64,000 nt of DNA from the NCBI GenBank assembly GCA_964291235.2, contig OZ219816.1, positions 608,001 through 672,000 of the forward strand, given 5' to 3'. Of the stretch, positions 48,755 through 58,772 are shown piece by piece. A program made the translations under genes and the position numbers. Origin of the DNA: Vicinamibacteria bacterium. GTDB taxonomy: Bacteria; Acidobacteriota; Vicinamibacteria; Marinacidobacterales; Marinacidobacteraceae. The notes beneath the pieces were generated by a model. The model saw only the letters and a program-made list of their open reading frames with translations. It was not told the origin of the DNA and did not search any database. Position 1 is the stretch's first letter, and every line of letters starts with the position of its first letter.

Positions 48755-49918
48755 CTATCGGCCGATGGCAGCAGCCAGCGTTGCTGCGCGGTCGGTGCTC
48801 TCCCAGGGAAAACCCGGGCCCTCGTGCCCGAAATGGCCGCCTTTCGCGGTGTTTTCGTAGATCGGCCGGCGCAGTTGAAAGTGGGCGATGATTTCTTTCG
48901 GGGTCAGACCGAAGACATCCCGCACCGCACGCTCGATCTCCCCATCGTCAGTCCTTCCGGTCCCGAACGTGTCCACCCGGACCGAGACCGGCTCCGCGCG
49001 CCCGATCGCGTACGCGATCTGTACTTCGGCCCGGCGCGCGAGGCCCCCCGCGACCACGTTTTTCGCGATGTAGCGCGCCATGTAGGCGGCCGAACGATCC
49101 ACCTTCGTCGGATCCTTCCCCGAAAAAGCGCCGCCGCCGTGGCGGGCCATCCCGCCGTAGGTGTCAACGATAATCTTCCGGCCCGTGAGTCCGCAGTCGG
49201 CCGCCGGGCCACCCTCCACGAACTTTCCGGTCGGGTTGACGAGCACTGCCGGTGATCCGACGCGAAACTCTTCCGGCAGTACGGGGAGCACCACCCCTTC
49301 CTCGATGTCGCGAACCACGCGGTCGAGAGCCTGCTCCTCGTGCTGGGAGGAAGCCACGACCGTGGGAACGGCAACAGGATTGCCGGTTGGGTCGTAAGCC
49401 ACGGTGACCTGCGCCTTCCCGTCCGGCCCCAGATACGGGATGTCGCCGTTTCTCCGCGCTTCGGTGAGCCGCCCCGTAATACGGTGGGCCAGCATGATGG
49501 GAAGCGGCATGAGCTCCGGCGTTTCATCGCACGCGAAGCCGAACATCATCCCCTGGTCTCCGGCGCCTCCGGTATCCACACCCATCGCGATGTCCGCCGT
49601 CTGGCGGCCCATGTGGATCTGGACGTCCACCGTGTCGGCGTCGAAGTCGTCGTCCCGGCCGGTGTACCCGATGCGGCGGATCGTTCGCCGGACCACCGCC
49701 TCGAGTTCGCCCCGGGTCGGGCCTCCCCGCGCCGTCGCTTCTCCGGCGATCACCGCGCGACCCGCGGTGACGAGGGTTTCGCAGGCGACCCGGGCCAGGG
49801 GATCCCGGCTCAGGAAGGTGTCGAGAACGGCGTCAGAGACCTGGTCCGCGACCTTGTCGGGATGGCCTTCGGTTACTGACTCGGAAGTAAAGAGCCGCAC
49901 GTCGCGGTCGGTTTGCAC
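48755..49918 (-). CDS. metK: S-adenosylmethionine synthetase
   Basis: [49 protein letters not shown]. Confidence 0.97.
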   Translation of the reverse strand: MQTDRDVRLFTSESVTEGHPDKVADQVSDAVLDTFLSRDPLARVACETLVTAGRAVIAGEATARGGPTRGELEAVVRRTIRRIGYTGRDDDFDADTVDVQIHMGRQTADIAMGVDTGGAGDQGMMFGFACDETPELMPLPIMLAHRITGRLTEARRNGDIPYLGPDGKAQVTVAYDPTGNPVAVPTVVASSQHEEQALDRVVRDIEEGVVLPVLPEEFRVGSPAVLVNPTGKFVEGGPAADCGLTGRKIIVDTYGGMARHGGGAFSGKDPTKVDRSAAYMARYIAKNVVAGGLARRAEVQIAYAIGRAEPVSVRVDTFGTGRTDDGEIERAVRDVFGLTPKEIIAHFQLRRPIYENTAKGGHFGHEGPGFPWESTDRAATLAAAIGR

Positions 49919-50015
49919 GCTTGCAGAACACCTTCCTCGTCTTGGGTTCGTTGACCGGATGGGGGGGAGACGACCATCACCAATCGTCTCGGGAGCCGTC
50001 GCTGGGCGGCGCGCG

Positions 50016-50024
50016 ATGATAGCA
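50016..50024 (-). promoter_or_regulatory. Putative extended -10 promoter for metK
   Basis: TGCTATCAT on the minus strand about 100 bp upstream of the GTG. Confidence 0.35.
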
Positions 50025-50089
50025 GTCCGGATGCCACCCGAAGCCGCGCCGACAGGCGCACGGGCGGCGTCCGTGGCGGTGGTGAACCA

Positions 50090-51223
50090 GTGACGCCAGC
50101 CCCGCCCCGGCCCACTGCGGTCATCCTGCTTGCGGGGAAGTCGCAGCGGACCTGGCCACTCACCGCCGACTTCCCGAAACCGTTGTTGCCGCTTTGGGGA
50201 AGACCCCTCACGGAGCGGGTACTCGACCAGTTGCACGGGCTGGTGGACACCGCAGTGCTGGTGGTCGGATACCGGAAGGAGCGGATCCTCGAGCACTTCG
50301 GCAAGAGCTACCGCGGGATCCGCCTGGTGCCCGTCGAGCAGGAGAGCGCCCGTGGCACCGCGGATGCGCTGCGGGTTGCCGCCACTGTGGTCGCGGGTCC
50401 GGTGCTGGCCTTGAACGGCGATGACTTCTACCACCATGAAGACCTCGCACGGGTGAGCGAGCACCCGACCGCCATCCTTTGCAAGGAGGCCAGTGACCCC
50501 TGGAACCGGGCGACCGTCACCGTGACCGACGGCGACTGGCTGGTGGACATGGAGGAAAAGCCGCCGGAGGCGAAACCGTGGGAGTTGAGCAGTGTGGGCG
50601 CCTACTCGTTGTCGCGGCGGGATCTGGACCATCTCGGCGAAGTCCAGGAGAGCGTGCGCGGCGAACTTGAATTGCCCGATCTCATTCGGATCCTGGCGCG
50701 TTCCCCGGGGGTGCGCGCCGTACGGGCCCGCCGTCCCTGGATTCCGCTCACCTATCCGTGGGACATCATCGGCCGCATCGTGCCGCTCTTCGGAGGTGAC
50801 CCGCCCGGAGAGGGCGCGCGCGCCCTCGGGTTCGAAACCGCCACCGGCGCGATGGGAGAGGGGGCGGTCTTTCTTGGAGAGGGCGCGTCGGTCCACCCGG
50901 ATGCCCGGTTGCGGGGGCCGGTTGAGCTCGGCCCCGGAGCCCGGATCGGGGCCGGGGCGGTCGTCGAACGGGCGGTCCTGATGGAAGGGGCGCGGGTCGG
51001 GCCGGAGGCGATTGTCCGGGACAGCGTGCTCGGACGCGGGGCCTTGGTGGGAGCTGGGGCCCGATTGCTCTCGGGGCCGGTCGAGCGGATCGAAGTGCTG
51101 GGGCACACCGCTCGGGTGGGGGTACCCGTCGTGGGGGCCTGCCTGGGGGCGAATGCGAGCGTTGTCGGCGGGGCGGAGCTGCCTCCGGGCACCCTGTTGG
51201 GTCCGGACGAGCGTTTCCGGTAG
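50090..51223 (+). CDS. Sugar-1-phosphate nucleotidyltransferase with left-handed beta-helix (GlmU-like)
   Basis: [42 protein letters not shown], hexapeptide repeats. Confidence 0.82.
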   Translation: MTPAPPRPTAVILLAGKSQRTWPLTADFPKPLLPLWGRPLTERVLDQLHGLVDTAVLVVGYRKERILEHFGKSYRGIRLVPVEQESARGTADALRVAATVVAGPVLALNGDDFYHHEDLARVSEHPTAILCKEASDPWNRATVTVTDGDWLVDMEEKPPEAKPWELSSVGAYSLSRRDLDHLGEVQESVRGELELPDLIRILARSPGVRAVRARRPWIPLTYPWDIIGRIVPLFGGDPPGEGARALGFETATGAMGEGAVFLGEGASVHPDARLRGPVELGPGARIGAGAVVERAVLMEGARVGPEAIVRDSVLGRGALVGAGARLLSGPVERIEVLGHTARVGVPVVGACLGANASVVGGAELPPGTLLGPDERFR

Positions 51224-51253
51224 GCGGCCTCCGCCGCTGGTGACGCGGTCAGG

Positions 51254-53524
51254 TCAGCGGCGCTGAAGCAGCAGAAAAACGGAGGCGAGGCCGAAAAAGA
51301 GGTTCGGAGACCACGCCGCGAGCACCGGGTCAAGCAGTTCCGCGTTCCCGATCGAGCGGAAGAACTGGGTGGCGACCAGGTAAACGATCGCGATCGCGAA
51401 GGCGATCGCGGTGCTGGCCCAGGCGCTTTGGTTGGTTCTCCGGAACGCGAACGGCAGCCCGATGAGTACCGTCACCAGGGACGCGAAGGGGAGCGCCGCC
51501 TTGGTTTCGAGGGCCACGTGGAGGGCGGGGTCGTGGTGACCCGCGGCCTCGATCGTTTCGATTCGCTCGTGGAGCTGGCGGAAGGGCAGGTGGTCGGTGG
51601 CCAGGTCCTGCTGAAGAAGAGAATCAGGGACCGAGACATCGGGAATCTCACGGACGGCGAAGGGTTCGGCAGCCCGGCCGCGCTGGAGGTCGCGCTCCCA
51701 GCCTCCGATGCCCGTCCAGGTTCGATCCGCGTCGGACCAGTGAGCGGCGGCCGCGTAGCTGCGGGCGGCGAGCGATGCACCGTCCGGGCTCAGTCGAAAG
51801 ACGGAGAGCCCGCTCAGAACGACGTTATCGGCGTCGAACTCGTCGTAATGGTAGATCTGGCCTTGAGGGCCCATTCCCCAATGGCGTTCCAGCGGATTCA
51901 CGGTCCGCCGCGCTTCCCCGCGGATGCGAGCGCCGGTGTCCTCGCTTTCGGGGGCCGTCATCGGAATCAGCCGTTCCTGAAGCCCGAAGCCGACGCCGCT
52001 CACCGCCAGCCCCGCCACGAGCGCCGGCAGCACGAGCCGCGTCCGGCTGACCCCGCCGGCCAGAAAAGCCGTGACCTCGTTGTGGCGGCTGAGGAGCCCA
52101 AAGGTCACCAGCGTCGCGGTGAGGGTCGCGAGTGGCAACATCTGCGCCGCGAACGCGGGTATCGAGAGACCGAGGAAGCGAAGCACGGTCGAAGCCGGGA
52201 TGTTCCGCTCGAAGGCGTCGCCGATGACCGCATTCAACAGGCCGATCAGTTCCCAGGACAGGAGTGCGGCGAGCGCGATGGCGAGGAACGTGCCGTAGCG
52301 GGTAATGACGTAGCGATCCAGGATCGTGGGCAGCCCCGGCGGACGCCAGCGGCGCACGGCCGACCGGCGGGGGGTAACGAGGCGCCCCAGGCGGCGAACG
52401 AGGCGCAGCGTCGCCGCCAGCGGGTGCATCTCCCGCGACGCCAGCGCCAGCAGCGCGATGCCGGCGGCGACGGTCACGATGTTGGCGCCCCACATGGCGA
52501 TCCAGGGGGAGAGTTCTCCCGCGGCGGCAAGTTGTTCGCCGAACATGATCGGGGCATACCACGCGAGGATGACGAGGATCGCCATGGCGAACGACCCTGC
52601 GCGCGCCGGCCCCGGAGAGGGTCGGATTCCGAGAGCCAGGCCGAGTAACCCGAACGCCAGGCAGGCGAAGGGAAACGCGAATTTCTTGTGGATCTCCACC
52701 AGGTAGATCGGGTGATCCGTGCCTTCGTAGGCGGTCACCAGATCCGGAAGCAACATGGCCCGGGCGCTGCGGCTCGGACTCGGGGTCTCGGAGCCGAACA
52801 CTTCGTCGGCGTCGAGCGGCAAACGGATGCGTTCGGCGCGCTGAATGCGGTACTGCCCCGGGTCGTCAAGACCGGCGTTGTGGACCTCCACGCCGGTGAG
52901 TTCGAGGAATGCCAGCCGCTCCTCGGAAACCGTCACCAGCCGGCCGCGGTCCGCGACGAAGATGGTGGGCTCGTCGGATCGCGCGGTGTCGGCCAGAAAG
53001 ACGCGCCTCCAGCCGTCCTCGCGCGTAGGGACTTCGCCGACCAGCAGAACCCGGCCGTCGAGGAGCTCGTCGTAAAACATGCGCGGCTCGATTTCTGTCC
53101 GCAGCCGGGAGTTCAGGAGTTCGTCCCTCAGTTCCACGAACCGCTGGTTCGCGGGCGGGACGACCTCGAGCATCAGCACGAGGCAAATCCCGAAGGCGAT
53201 CCCCGCCGCGGTGGCAATTGGGAGAAGGAGACGCCAGGGAGAGATTCCCCCGGCCCGCATGGCGATGAGCTCGTGACCGCTCGAGAGGCGGTTGAGGGCC
53301 AGCAGGATGCCGAGCAGCAGGGCGCTCGGGACTGCAACCGCCAGCAGGGCGGGGATCAACTGGGCAAAGGCCAGCCCCACCGTTGACGGGTTCGCTCCCT
53401 GAGTGACGATCAACTCGATGTTGACAATCAGCTCGTTCAGCAGCAGCGCGAACAGGAAGACTCCGGTCCCGAGGAATACGCCGGGGGCGATGAGCCGGAG
53501 GATGTAGCGGTTGAGGAGACCCAA
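51254..53524 (-). CDS. Fused LptF-LptG LPS export ABC permease
   Basis: Two YjgP/YjgQ units: LLNRYI...ELIAMRAGGIS...EIHKKFAFP and ILDRYV...NEVTAFLAGGVS...AAWSPN. Confidence 0.9.
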   Translation of the reverse strand: MGLLNRYILRLIAPGVFLGTGVFLFALLLNELIVNIELIVTQGANPSTVGLAFAQLIPALLAVAVPSALLLGILLALNRLSSGHELIAMRAGGISPWRLLLPIATAAGIAFGICLVLMLEVVPPANQRFVELRDELLNSRLRTEIEPRMFYDELLDGRVLLVGEVPTREDGWRRVFLADTARSDEPTIFVADRGRLVTVSEERLAFLELTGVEVHNAGLDDPGQYRIQRAERIRLPLDADEVFGSETPSPSRSARAMLLPDLVTAYEGTDHPIYLVEIHKKFAFPFACLAFGLLGLALGIRPSPGPARAGSFAMAILVILAWYAPIMFGEQLAAAGELSPWIAMWGANIVTVAAGIALLALASREMHPLAATLRLVRRLGRLVTPRRSAVRRWRPPGLPTILDRYVITRYGTFLAIALAALLSWELIGLLNAVIGDAFERNIPASTVLRFLGLSIPAFAAQMLPLATLTATLVTFGLLSRHNEVTAFLAGGVSRTRLVLPALVAGLAVSGVGFGLQERLIPMTAPESEDTGARIRGEARRTVNPLERHWGMGPQGQIYHYDEFDADNVVLSGLSVFRLSPDGASLAARSYAAAAHWSDADRTWTGIGGWERDLQRGRAAEPFAVREIPDVSVPDSLLQQDLATDHLPFRQLHERIETIEAAGHHDPALHVALETKAALPFASLVTVLIGLPFAFRRTNQSAWASTAIAFAIAIVYLVATQFFRSIGNAELLDPVLAAWSPNLFFGLASVFLLLQRR

Positions 53525-53545
53525 GGCGGTGTTGCCGGATTCTAG

Positions 53546-53611
53546 GAGCCTGTGGACAAAGTGACGTGAGCACCAGGAAGCGGGCCGCGTGACTTTGTCC
53601 ACCGACGGCTC
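53546..53611. repeat. Short inverted-repeat element related to MITE ends
   Basis: CTAG-GAGCCTGTGGACAAAGTGACG ... CGTGACTTTGTCCAC-CGACGGCTC; 15-bp IR with one mismatch. Confidence 0.5.
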
Positions 53612-53745
53612 GGAGCCCGGTGACGGTTCCGGGCGGGGCGCTCACCCGGGATTCGGGGGGCTGGCCGCCGCCCGCCGCCCCCCGGGGCGGCTCCGTGGTC
53701 CGCCTCGGGAGGACGGCTTCGCCGCCGGCTCCCGGTAGTTCCCAG

Positions 53746-53817
53746 CCACCGTATCTTGGGGGTGCGGATCCCTTCAGGCACAACATATTGTGGCTGAGGC
53801 CCACAAACGCTTAGAAT
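53746..53817 (+). promoter_or_regulatory. Tandem NrdR-like boxes overlapping a putative smc promoter
   Basis: CCACCGTATCTTGGGG (53746-53761) and GCACAACATATTGTGG (53778-53793), 32 bp apart; TTGTGG-N18-TAGAAT (53788-53817). Confidence 0.65.
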
Positions 53818-53867
53818 CCGGTTGGGCCTCGGCAGCGCCGCAGCCACAATCTTCAGGTGACAATCGA

Positions 53868-56800
53868 GTGAGGATCGAGCGGCTCGAAATCGCCGGCTTC
53901 AAGAGCTTCGCGGAGCCGGTGACGCTCGAATTCGGCCAGGGCGCCACCGCGGTCGTAGGTCCGAACGGTTGCGGCAAGAGCAACATCGCGGACGCTGTCT
54001 TTTGGGTGCTCGGCGAGTTGGGTGCGGGAACCATCCGGGCGCGGGGCAAGGAGCTCATCTTCAGCGGGAGCGCCCTGCGTGAGCCCCTCGGGATTGCCGA
54101 GGTGCGGCTCCACGTCAGCGGCGTGCGTGTGTCCGGCTCGGGTTTTTCGGCAAACGGCATCACCGGGAACGGCGCGTCCCGAGCTGCCGCCCCGCCGGAA
54201 GGGACCCGGAAGAACGGCGCCACCGCACCCGTTCCGGAATCCGGGCTTGCGGCGCGCGAACTCCACCGGGAGGTGGTGGTCGGCCGCCGCGTGGACGCCA
54301 GTGGCCAGTCGGTCTATGAGATGGACGGCCGCCGCTGCACCCGGCGGGACATTCGCCGCTTGTTCGCCGGCACCGGATTGGGTCCGGGCTCCTACGCGTT
54401 GATTGAACAGGGGCGCGCCAACGAAGTGCTCAGCCGCAAACCCGCGGACCTCAGGCTCCTGGTCGAGGAGGCGGTTGGATTGGGCACCTATCGCCTGAAT
54501 CGGCGGGAAAGCGAGACGAACCTGCGGGCGGCCGAGAAGGCGCTTGAACGCGTGCGCGAACGGCTTGCCGAGCTCGACCGTTACATCCGGGTGGCCCGTC
54601 GCGATTCGCGGACGGCGAGCCGGGTTCGCGAGGCAACCGATCAGGCGCGGCTGCTGGGCGTCGCGGAGCAACTGGCCCGGCGGGAAGCGCTCCTTTCCCG
54701 TATCCGGAAAGACGCGTCTCCCGAAGAGACCCTGAGCGCCGCGCGAACCCGGCGGCGCGCGAGTCTGGCGACTTTCGAAACATTCGTCGAAGCTATCCGC
54801 GAGCAAGTCACCGGAACGGATGTCGAGATCCGCGAGGCGACGCGGGAGATTGGCGATCTGGGTGCGCGCCGGGCTCGAGCGGTGGCCGTCCTTGACGAAG
54901 GCGCCCGGGCCGCGTCGGTCCGTGCGTCGCAGGTTTCCCGCCTCGAGACGGAAGCCACGACGCTCGGCGCCCGCCTCGATGACCTCGACCGGGAACGGCA
55001 GGAAAGCGCGCGGCGGGCGGAGGAGTTCCCGGGTCGGCTCGCGGAGTTGAGCGAGGCGGCAGCGGAGCGGGCGGAGGCGAGGGACCGGGTGCTGGCGGAG
55101 GAGCGCGAAGCGCACTCCGCCGTCTGGGAATTGCGGCGGGAGACCGATCGCTTGCGCGGGAGCGTCCGATCGTTCCGGCTTTCACGGGAGCAGTACGCGG
55201 CCCGGCGGGACCGGCTGGCGGCGGCGGAGCTCGAACTTCGAGGAAGCCGGAGGGAACTTGACGCTCGTCTCGATCACGTCACCGCGGGACTGTCCGCAGC
55301 CACTTCCCGGGTCGGTGCGCAGGAGGACGAAACCGCCCGGCTCCAGGGGCAAATCGAGACCGCCGAAGCGTCGTGGCGCACCGCGAAATCCAGAGCGGAG
55401 ACAGCGCGCGACGGCGAGGAACAGGCCGAGCGGGATCAGGCGGCCCTCTCAGCGAAGCTCCGTTCGCTGCGGGCGCTGGTCGTTTCGCGCGAGCAGCTGG
55501 GGGAGGGCGCCGCGAAGCTGGTTGAGGCGGCCCGCCGCCGCGGAGTTGCGCTCGGGGGCGCCGTCGGGGAGCTGGTGGAAGTGGAACCGGGTTACGAGCT
55601 GGCGGCGGAGCGGCTGCTTGGCGTGCACCGGCTCCGCATCGACCGCGTTTCCGACATACAAGATCTGGTCGAAGAGCTCGGCGGCAACGATGCCGGGCCT
55701 TCCGAAGTCGTGGTCTCCGAGTTGCTCGAGGCCTGCGCTTCCGCCACGCGGCCGGCTTCCGATGGAGACGACCGGTTGAGCGACCACCTGACGCCGGTGG
55801 ACGCGGCGCTCGATCCCATTATCCCGAATGCGGTGGTGACCCATGACCTCAAGGAAGCGCTGGAGGCGTTCGCAGCGAAACCCGGCGTCTATGTGACACG
55901 CGAGGGCGCCAGCGTGGTGCATCCCGGCATCGTGCGCTTCGGGCGCGGGGGACCTGGTGAGGGATTCCTGAGCACCAGGCGGGAAGTAGCTGAACTCGAA
56001 GCCGAAGAAGAGGAGGGCAGGCTTCGCCTCGCGGCGCAGTCGCGCGACCGGGCGGTGGCCGCCGAGGCAGCGGAGCAGGCGGGAAAGGCGCTCGAAGAGC
56101 TGCGCGCGGCCGGCGCGCGCGCGGAGCATCTCCTCGTGCGCCTGCGGCTCGAGTCGTCCCGTCAGGCGGAAGCGGTCGAAGGCGCCCGGGAGCGGTTGGC
56201 GGAGCAGGAAGCGGAGGCTTCCCGCCAGTCCGAAGAGCGGGAGCAAAACGACCAGGACGACGCGCGCGCGGCAGCTCAGTTGGCGCGCGACGAAGCGCGA
56301 CTCGAGGAAGCGTCCCGTGAACTGGCCGAACGCGAAGACGTACATGCGGCTCTGAGGCGTGAGCTCGAGGCCCGGGAGCGGCGGTGGCGGGATGCGGACC
56401 GCGAACTGGCACGCCAGAATGCGGTGGCAGGCGAGGTTTCCGACCGAGCCCGGGAGCTGGAACGACAGGTGGGTGACGACCGCCAGCGGTTGGACCGGGT
56501 CCGCGCGGAGTGCGTCGCGGCACGGCGCGCGGAGGCGGAATGGCGGGAGCGGCGGGAGTCCGCGATCGCGGGGCGACAGTCGGCAGAAACGGCGATCGGA
56601 GAATGGGAAGCGCGCGAAAGCGATCTGACTCGCATCGCTCGAGACCTCCGGGGCCGGCTGGAGAGCGCCGCCGAGGCGGCGCGTCACCGTCGGACCGAGA
56701 TCCGGGACCTCGAGGAAAAGTTGCACCAGCTGCAGTCCGGGACCCAGGAGGCCCGGGGCCTGCTGCGCGAGTTGGAGAACGAGTTCCGGCTGGCGCACGG

Positions 56801-57743
56801 ATGTGCGCTCGATGAGGCAGCGGCGTCGCTTCCCGCCGCTCTTCGCGGCCGATCCCGCGAGGAGATCGCGGAAGAGGCGCGGCAGGTCCAGGACCAGATC
56901 CAGAAACTGGGCCCCGTCAACGAGATTGCCGAAGCGCGACTCCGGGACCTGGAAACGGAGCGCCGCGAACCCGAGTTGCACCTGAGGGATGTGGAGCAGG
57001 GCATCGCGGATGGACTCGCGGCAATCCGCCGCCAGGACCGCGAGGCGCGCCGCATCTTCCGGGAGGGCTTCGAGGCCGTGAGCGCCGGATTCGACGCAGC
57101 CTTCCGCCAGCTCTTCGGCGGCGGCCGCGCGGAGCTGCGGCTGGTCGAGATGAAGGATCCCGCGAACGAGACGAGTCCGGGTGAGAACCCCTCTCCTGGC
57201 GAGCCCGTCCCGTCACCGGGCCAGGCGCTCCACAACGGCGTCGAAGACGCGGGCGGGGACGAACCGCGGGAACACCTTGGGAGCTGGAACGGCAACGGGT
57301 CGTCTCTGGCGCCCGAGATGCCGGAGGACGCCCATTTCGGAGTTGAGATTGCGGCGGAGCCTCCGGGCAAGAAGCTGCAAAGCGTCCGCCTGCTCTCCGG
57401 CGGGGAAAAAGCGATGACCGCGATTGCCTTCCTGATCGCGCTCTTCCGATATCGCCCCGCGCCTTTCTGCCTTCTGGACGAAGTGGATGCTCCTCTCGAC
57501 GACGCGAACGTGCAGCGGTTCGCATCCATGCTCGGCGAGCTCAAGCGGGATACCCAGTTGGTGGTCATCACCCATAACCGCCTGACGATGGAGGCCTGTG
57601 AGCATCTCTATGGAGTCACCATGGAGGAGCCGGGCGTTTCCCGGCTGATCTCGATGCAACTCGGAGCCGAAGTGGAGAGCTGGATCGCCGGCGCCCCGGA
57701 TGCAGAGTCGGATGCTGAGGCTGCCGCGACGATTCATGTCTGA
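53868..57743 (+). CDS. smc: Chromosome segregation protein SMC
   Basis: GFKSFA, VGPNGCGKSN, IEQG, long coiled coils, hinge region, LGPVN, LLSGGEK, LDEVDAPLD, ITH, GVTMEEPGVS. Confidence 0.95.
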   Translation: MRIERLEIAGFKSFAEPVTLEFGQGATAVVGPNGCGKSNIADAVFWVLGELGAGTIRARGKELIFSGSALREPLGIAEVRLHVSGVRVSGSGFSANGITGNGASRAAAPPEGTRKNGATAPVPESGLAARELHREVVVGRRVDASGQSVYEMDGRRCTRRDIRRLFAGTGLGPGSYALIEQGRANEVLSRKPADLRLLVEEAVGLGTYRLNRRESETNLRAAEKALERVRERLAELDRYIRVARRDSRTASRVREATDQARLLGVAEQLARREALLSRIRKDASPEETLSAARTRRRASLATFETFVEAIREQVTGTDVEIREATREIGDLGARRARAVAVLDEGARAASVRASQVSRLETEATTLGARLDDLDRERQESARRAEEFPGRLAELSEAAAERAEARDRVLAEEREAHSAVWELRRETDRLRGSVRSFRLSREQYAARRDRLAAAELELRGSRRELDARLDHVTAGLSAATSRVGAQEDETARLQGQIETAEASWRTAKSRAETARDGEEQAERDQAALSAKLRSLRALVVSREQLGEGAAKLVEAARRRGVALGGAVGELVEVEPGYELAAERLLGVHRLRIDRVSDIQDLVEELGGNDAGPSEVVVSELLEACASATRPASDGDDRLSDHLTPVDAALDPIIPNAVVTHDLKEALEAFAAKPGVYVTREGASVVHPGIVRFGRGGPGEGFLSTRREVAELEAEEEEGRLRLAAQSRDRAVAAEAAEQAGKALEELRAAGARAEHLLVRLRLESSRQAEAVEGARERLAEQEAEASRQSEEREQNDQDDARAAAQLARDEARLEEASRELAEREDVHAALRRELEARERRWRDADRELARQNAVAGEVSDRARELERQVGDDRQRLDRVRAECVAARRAEAEWRERRESAIAGRQSAETAIGEWEARESDLTRIARDLRGRLESAAEAARHRRTEIRDLEEKLHQLQSGTQEARGLLRELENEFRLAHGCALDEAAASLPAALRGRSREEIAEEARQVQDQIQKLGPVNEIAEARLRDLETERREPELHLRDVEQGIADGLAAIRRQDREARRIFREGFEAVSAGFDAAFRQLFGGGRAELRLVEMKDPANETSPGENPSPGEPVPSPGQALHNGVEDAGGDEPREHLGSWNGNGSSLAPEMPEDAHFGVEIAAEPPGKKLQSVRLLSGGEKAMTAIAFLIALFRYRPAPFCLLDEVDAPLDDANVQRFASMLGELKRDTQLVVITHNRLTMEACEHLYGVTMEEPGVSRLISMQLGAEVESWIAGAPDAESDAEAAATIHV

Positions 57744-57749
57744 CGGCAC

Positions 57750-58772
57750 GTGATCGGCGCCGGGCAGGGAACCCGCGCGGTCCGGTTTCCGCGCCGCGCG
57801 ATGGTGTTCGCCGCCGGGCGGGGCGAGCGGATGGGCCCTTTGACGGCGGGCCGGGCGAAACCGGCGCTCCCCTTCTGCGGGGTGCCGCTCCTGACCCGAC
57901 TCCTCGGCTGGCTCGCCGCCGCCGGGATTGCCGAGGTGGTGGTGAACCTCCACCAGCATCCCGAGACCCTGGAGCGACTGCTGGCGGCCGCCGAGCGGAC
58001 GGAGCGCGGGCTCACCGTGCACCGCTCCCCCGAACGAGAGCTGCTCGGCACGTCGGGGGGACTCTCGCGCGCCGCGACCCGCTTTGGACTGGGAAGCGGG
58101 GATGGCGGGCCGGTCGTGGTGCTGAACGGCGACACGCTTCCCACCTTCGATCTCGGGGAGATGGTTCGTTTCCACGGGGTGCGCGGAGGGGAAGCCACCC
58201 TGCTCTGCGATCCGGACCCCGGGATGGAGTTTCTCGGAGAGCGCCGGATCGAGGCGGACCCGAACCAGGTCATCAGCGGACTCAGCGGGCCCGGAGGGCC
58301 GGGATTCGGTTTCGCCGGGGTCTGGCTGCTCGAGCCGGCGGCGTTCCGCCATCTGCATGGAGGTCCGGGCGGTCTCTCGCAGGACCTCCTCCCGGGCCTC
58401 ATCGCGGCGGGAACGGGTCGCGCTTTTGCGAGCCGCGCTCCCTGGTTCGAGATCGGGACACCCAGGCGCTATCTCGAAGCTTCGCTGCGCGCGCTGGCGA
58501 GCGATCTGTTCCCCCAGGGTCCGGATCCGGGGCACACCGGCAGCCGCGTGCGCCTGGGAACCGGCGCGCGCGGATGCCCGGCCGAACTGATCGGCGCGGG
58601 GAGCGTCCTGGAGGCGGCCGCCTGCGTCGAGGGATCGGTACTTCTCGAGGACGTCCGCATCGGCGCGCGGGCCGTGGTCCGGGGGTCGGTGGTCGCGGCC
58701 GCGGAAAGCGTGCCCGCCGGGGCCCGGATCGAGGACTCGCTGTTTGCGGGTGGCGCCGCGCTACCGCTTTGA
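57750..58772 (+). CDS. NDP-sugar pyrophosphorylase family protein (MurU-like)
   Basis: AMVFAAGRGERMGPLT..AKPAL, VNLH, ELLGTSGG, LNGD, WFEIGTP; adjacent to an AmgK-like kinase. Confidence 0.8.
   Translation: MIGAGQGTRAVRFPRRAMVFAAGRGERMGPLTAGRAKPALPFCGVPLLTRLLGWLAAAGIAEVVVNLHQHPETLERLLAAAERTERGLTVHRSPERELLGTSGGLSRAATRFGLGSGDGGPVVVLNGDTLPTFDLGEMVRFHGVRGGEATLLCDPDPGMEFLGERRIEADPNQVISGLSGPGGPGFGFAGVWLLEPAAFRHLHGGPGGLSQDLLPGLIAAGTGRAFASRAPWFEIGTPRRYLEASLRALASDLFPQGPDPGHTGSRVRLGTGARGCPAELIGAGSVLEAAACVEGSVLLEDVRIGARAVVRGSVVAAAESVPAGARIEDSLFAGGAALPL

Noticed and set aside
49919-50089. SAM riboswitch upstream of metK
   Set aside because: One hairpin (GAGACGA...TCGTCTC) is present, but I could not recognise SAM-I/II/IV conserved motifs.
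51254-53524. LptF-LptG fusion as a novelty
   Set aside because: To my knowledge fused LptF/G proteins are already known in Acidobacteriota; annotated as a feature only.
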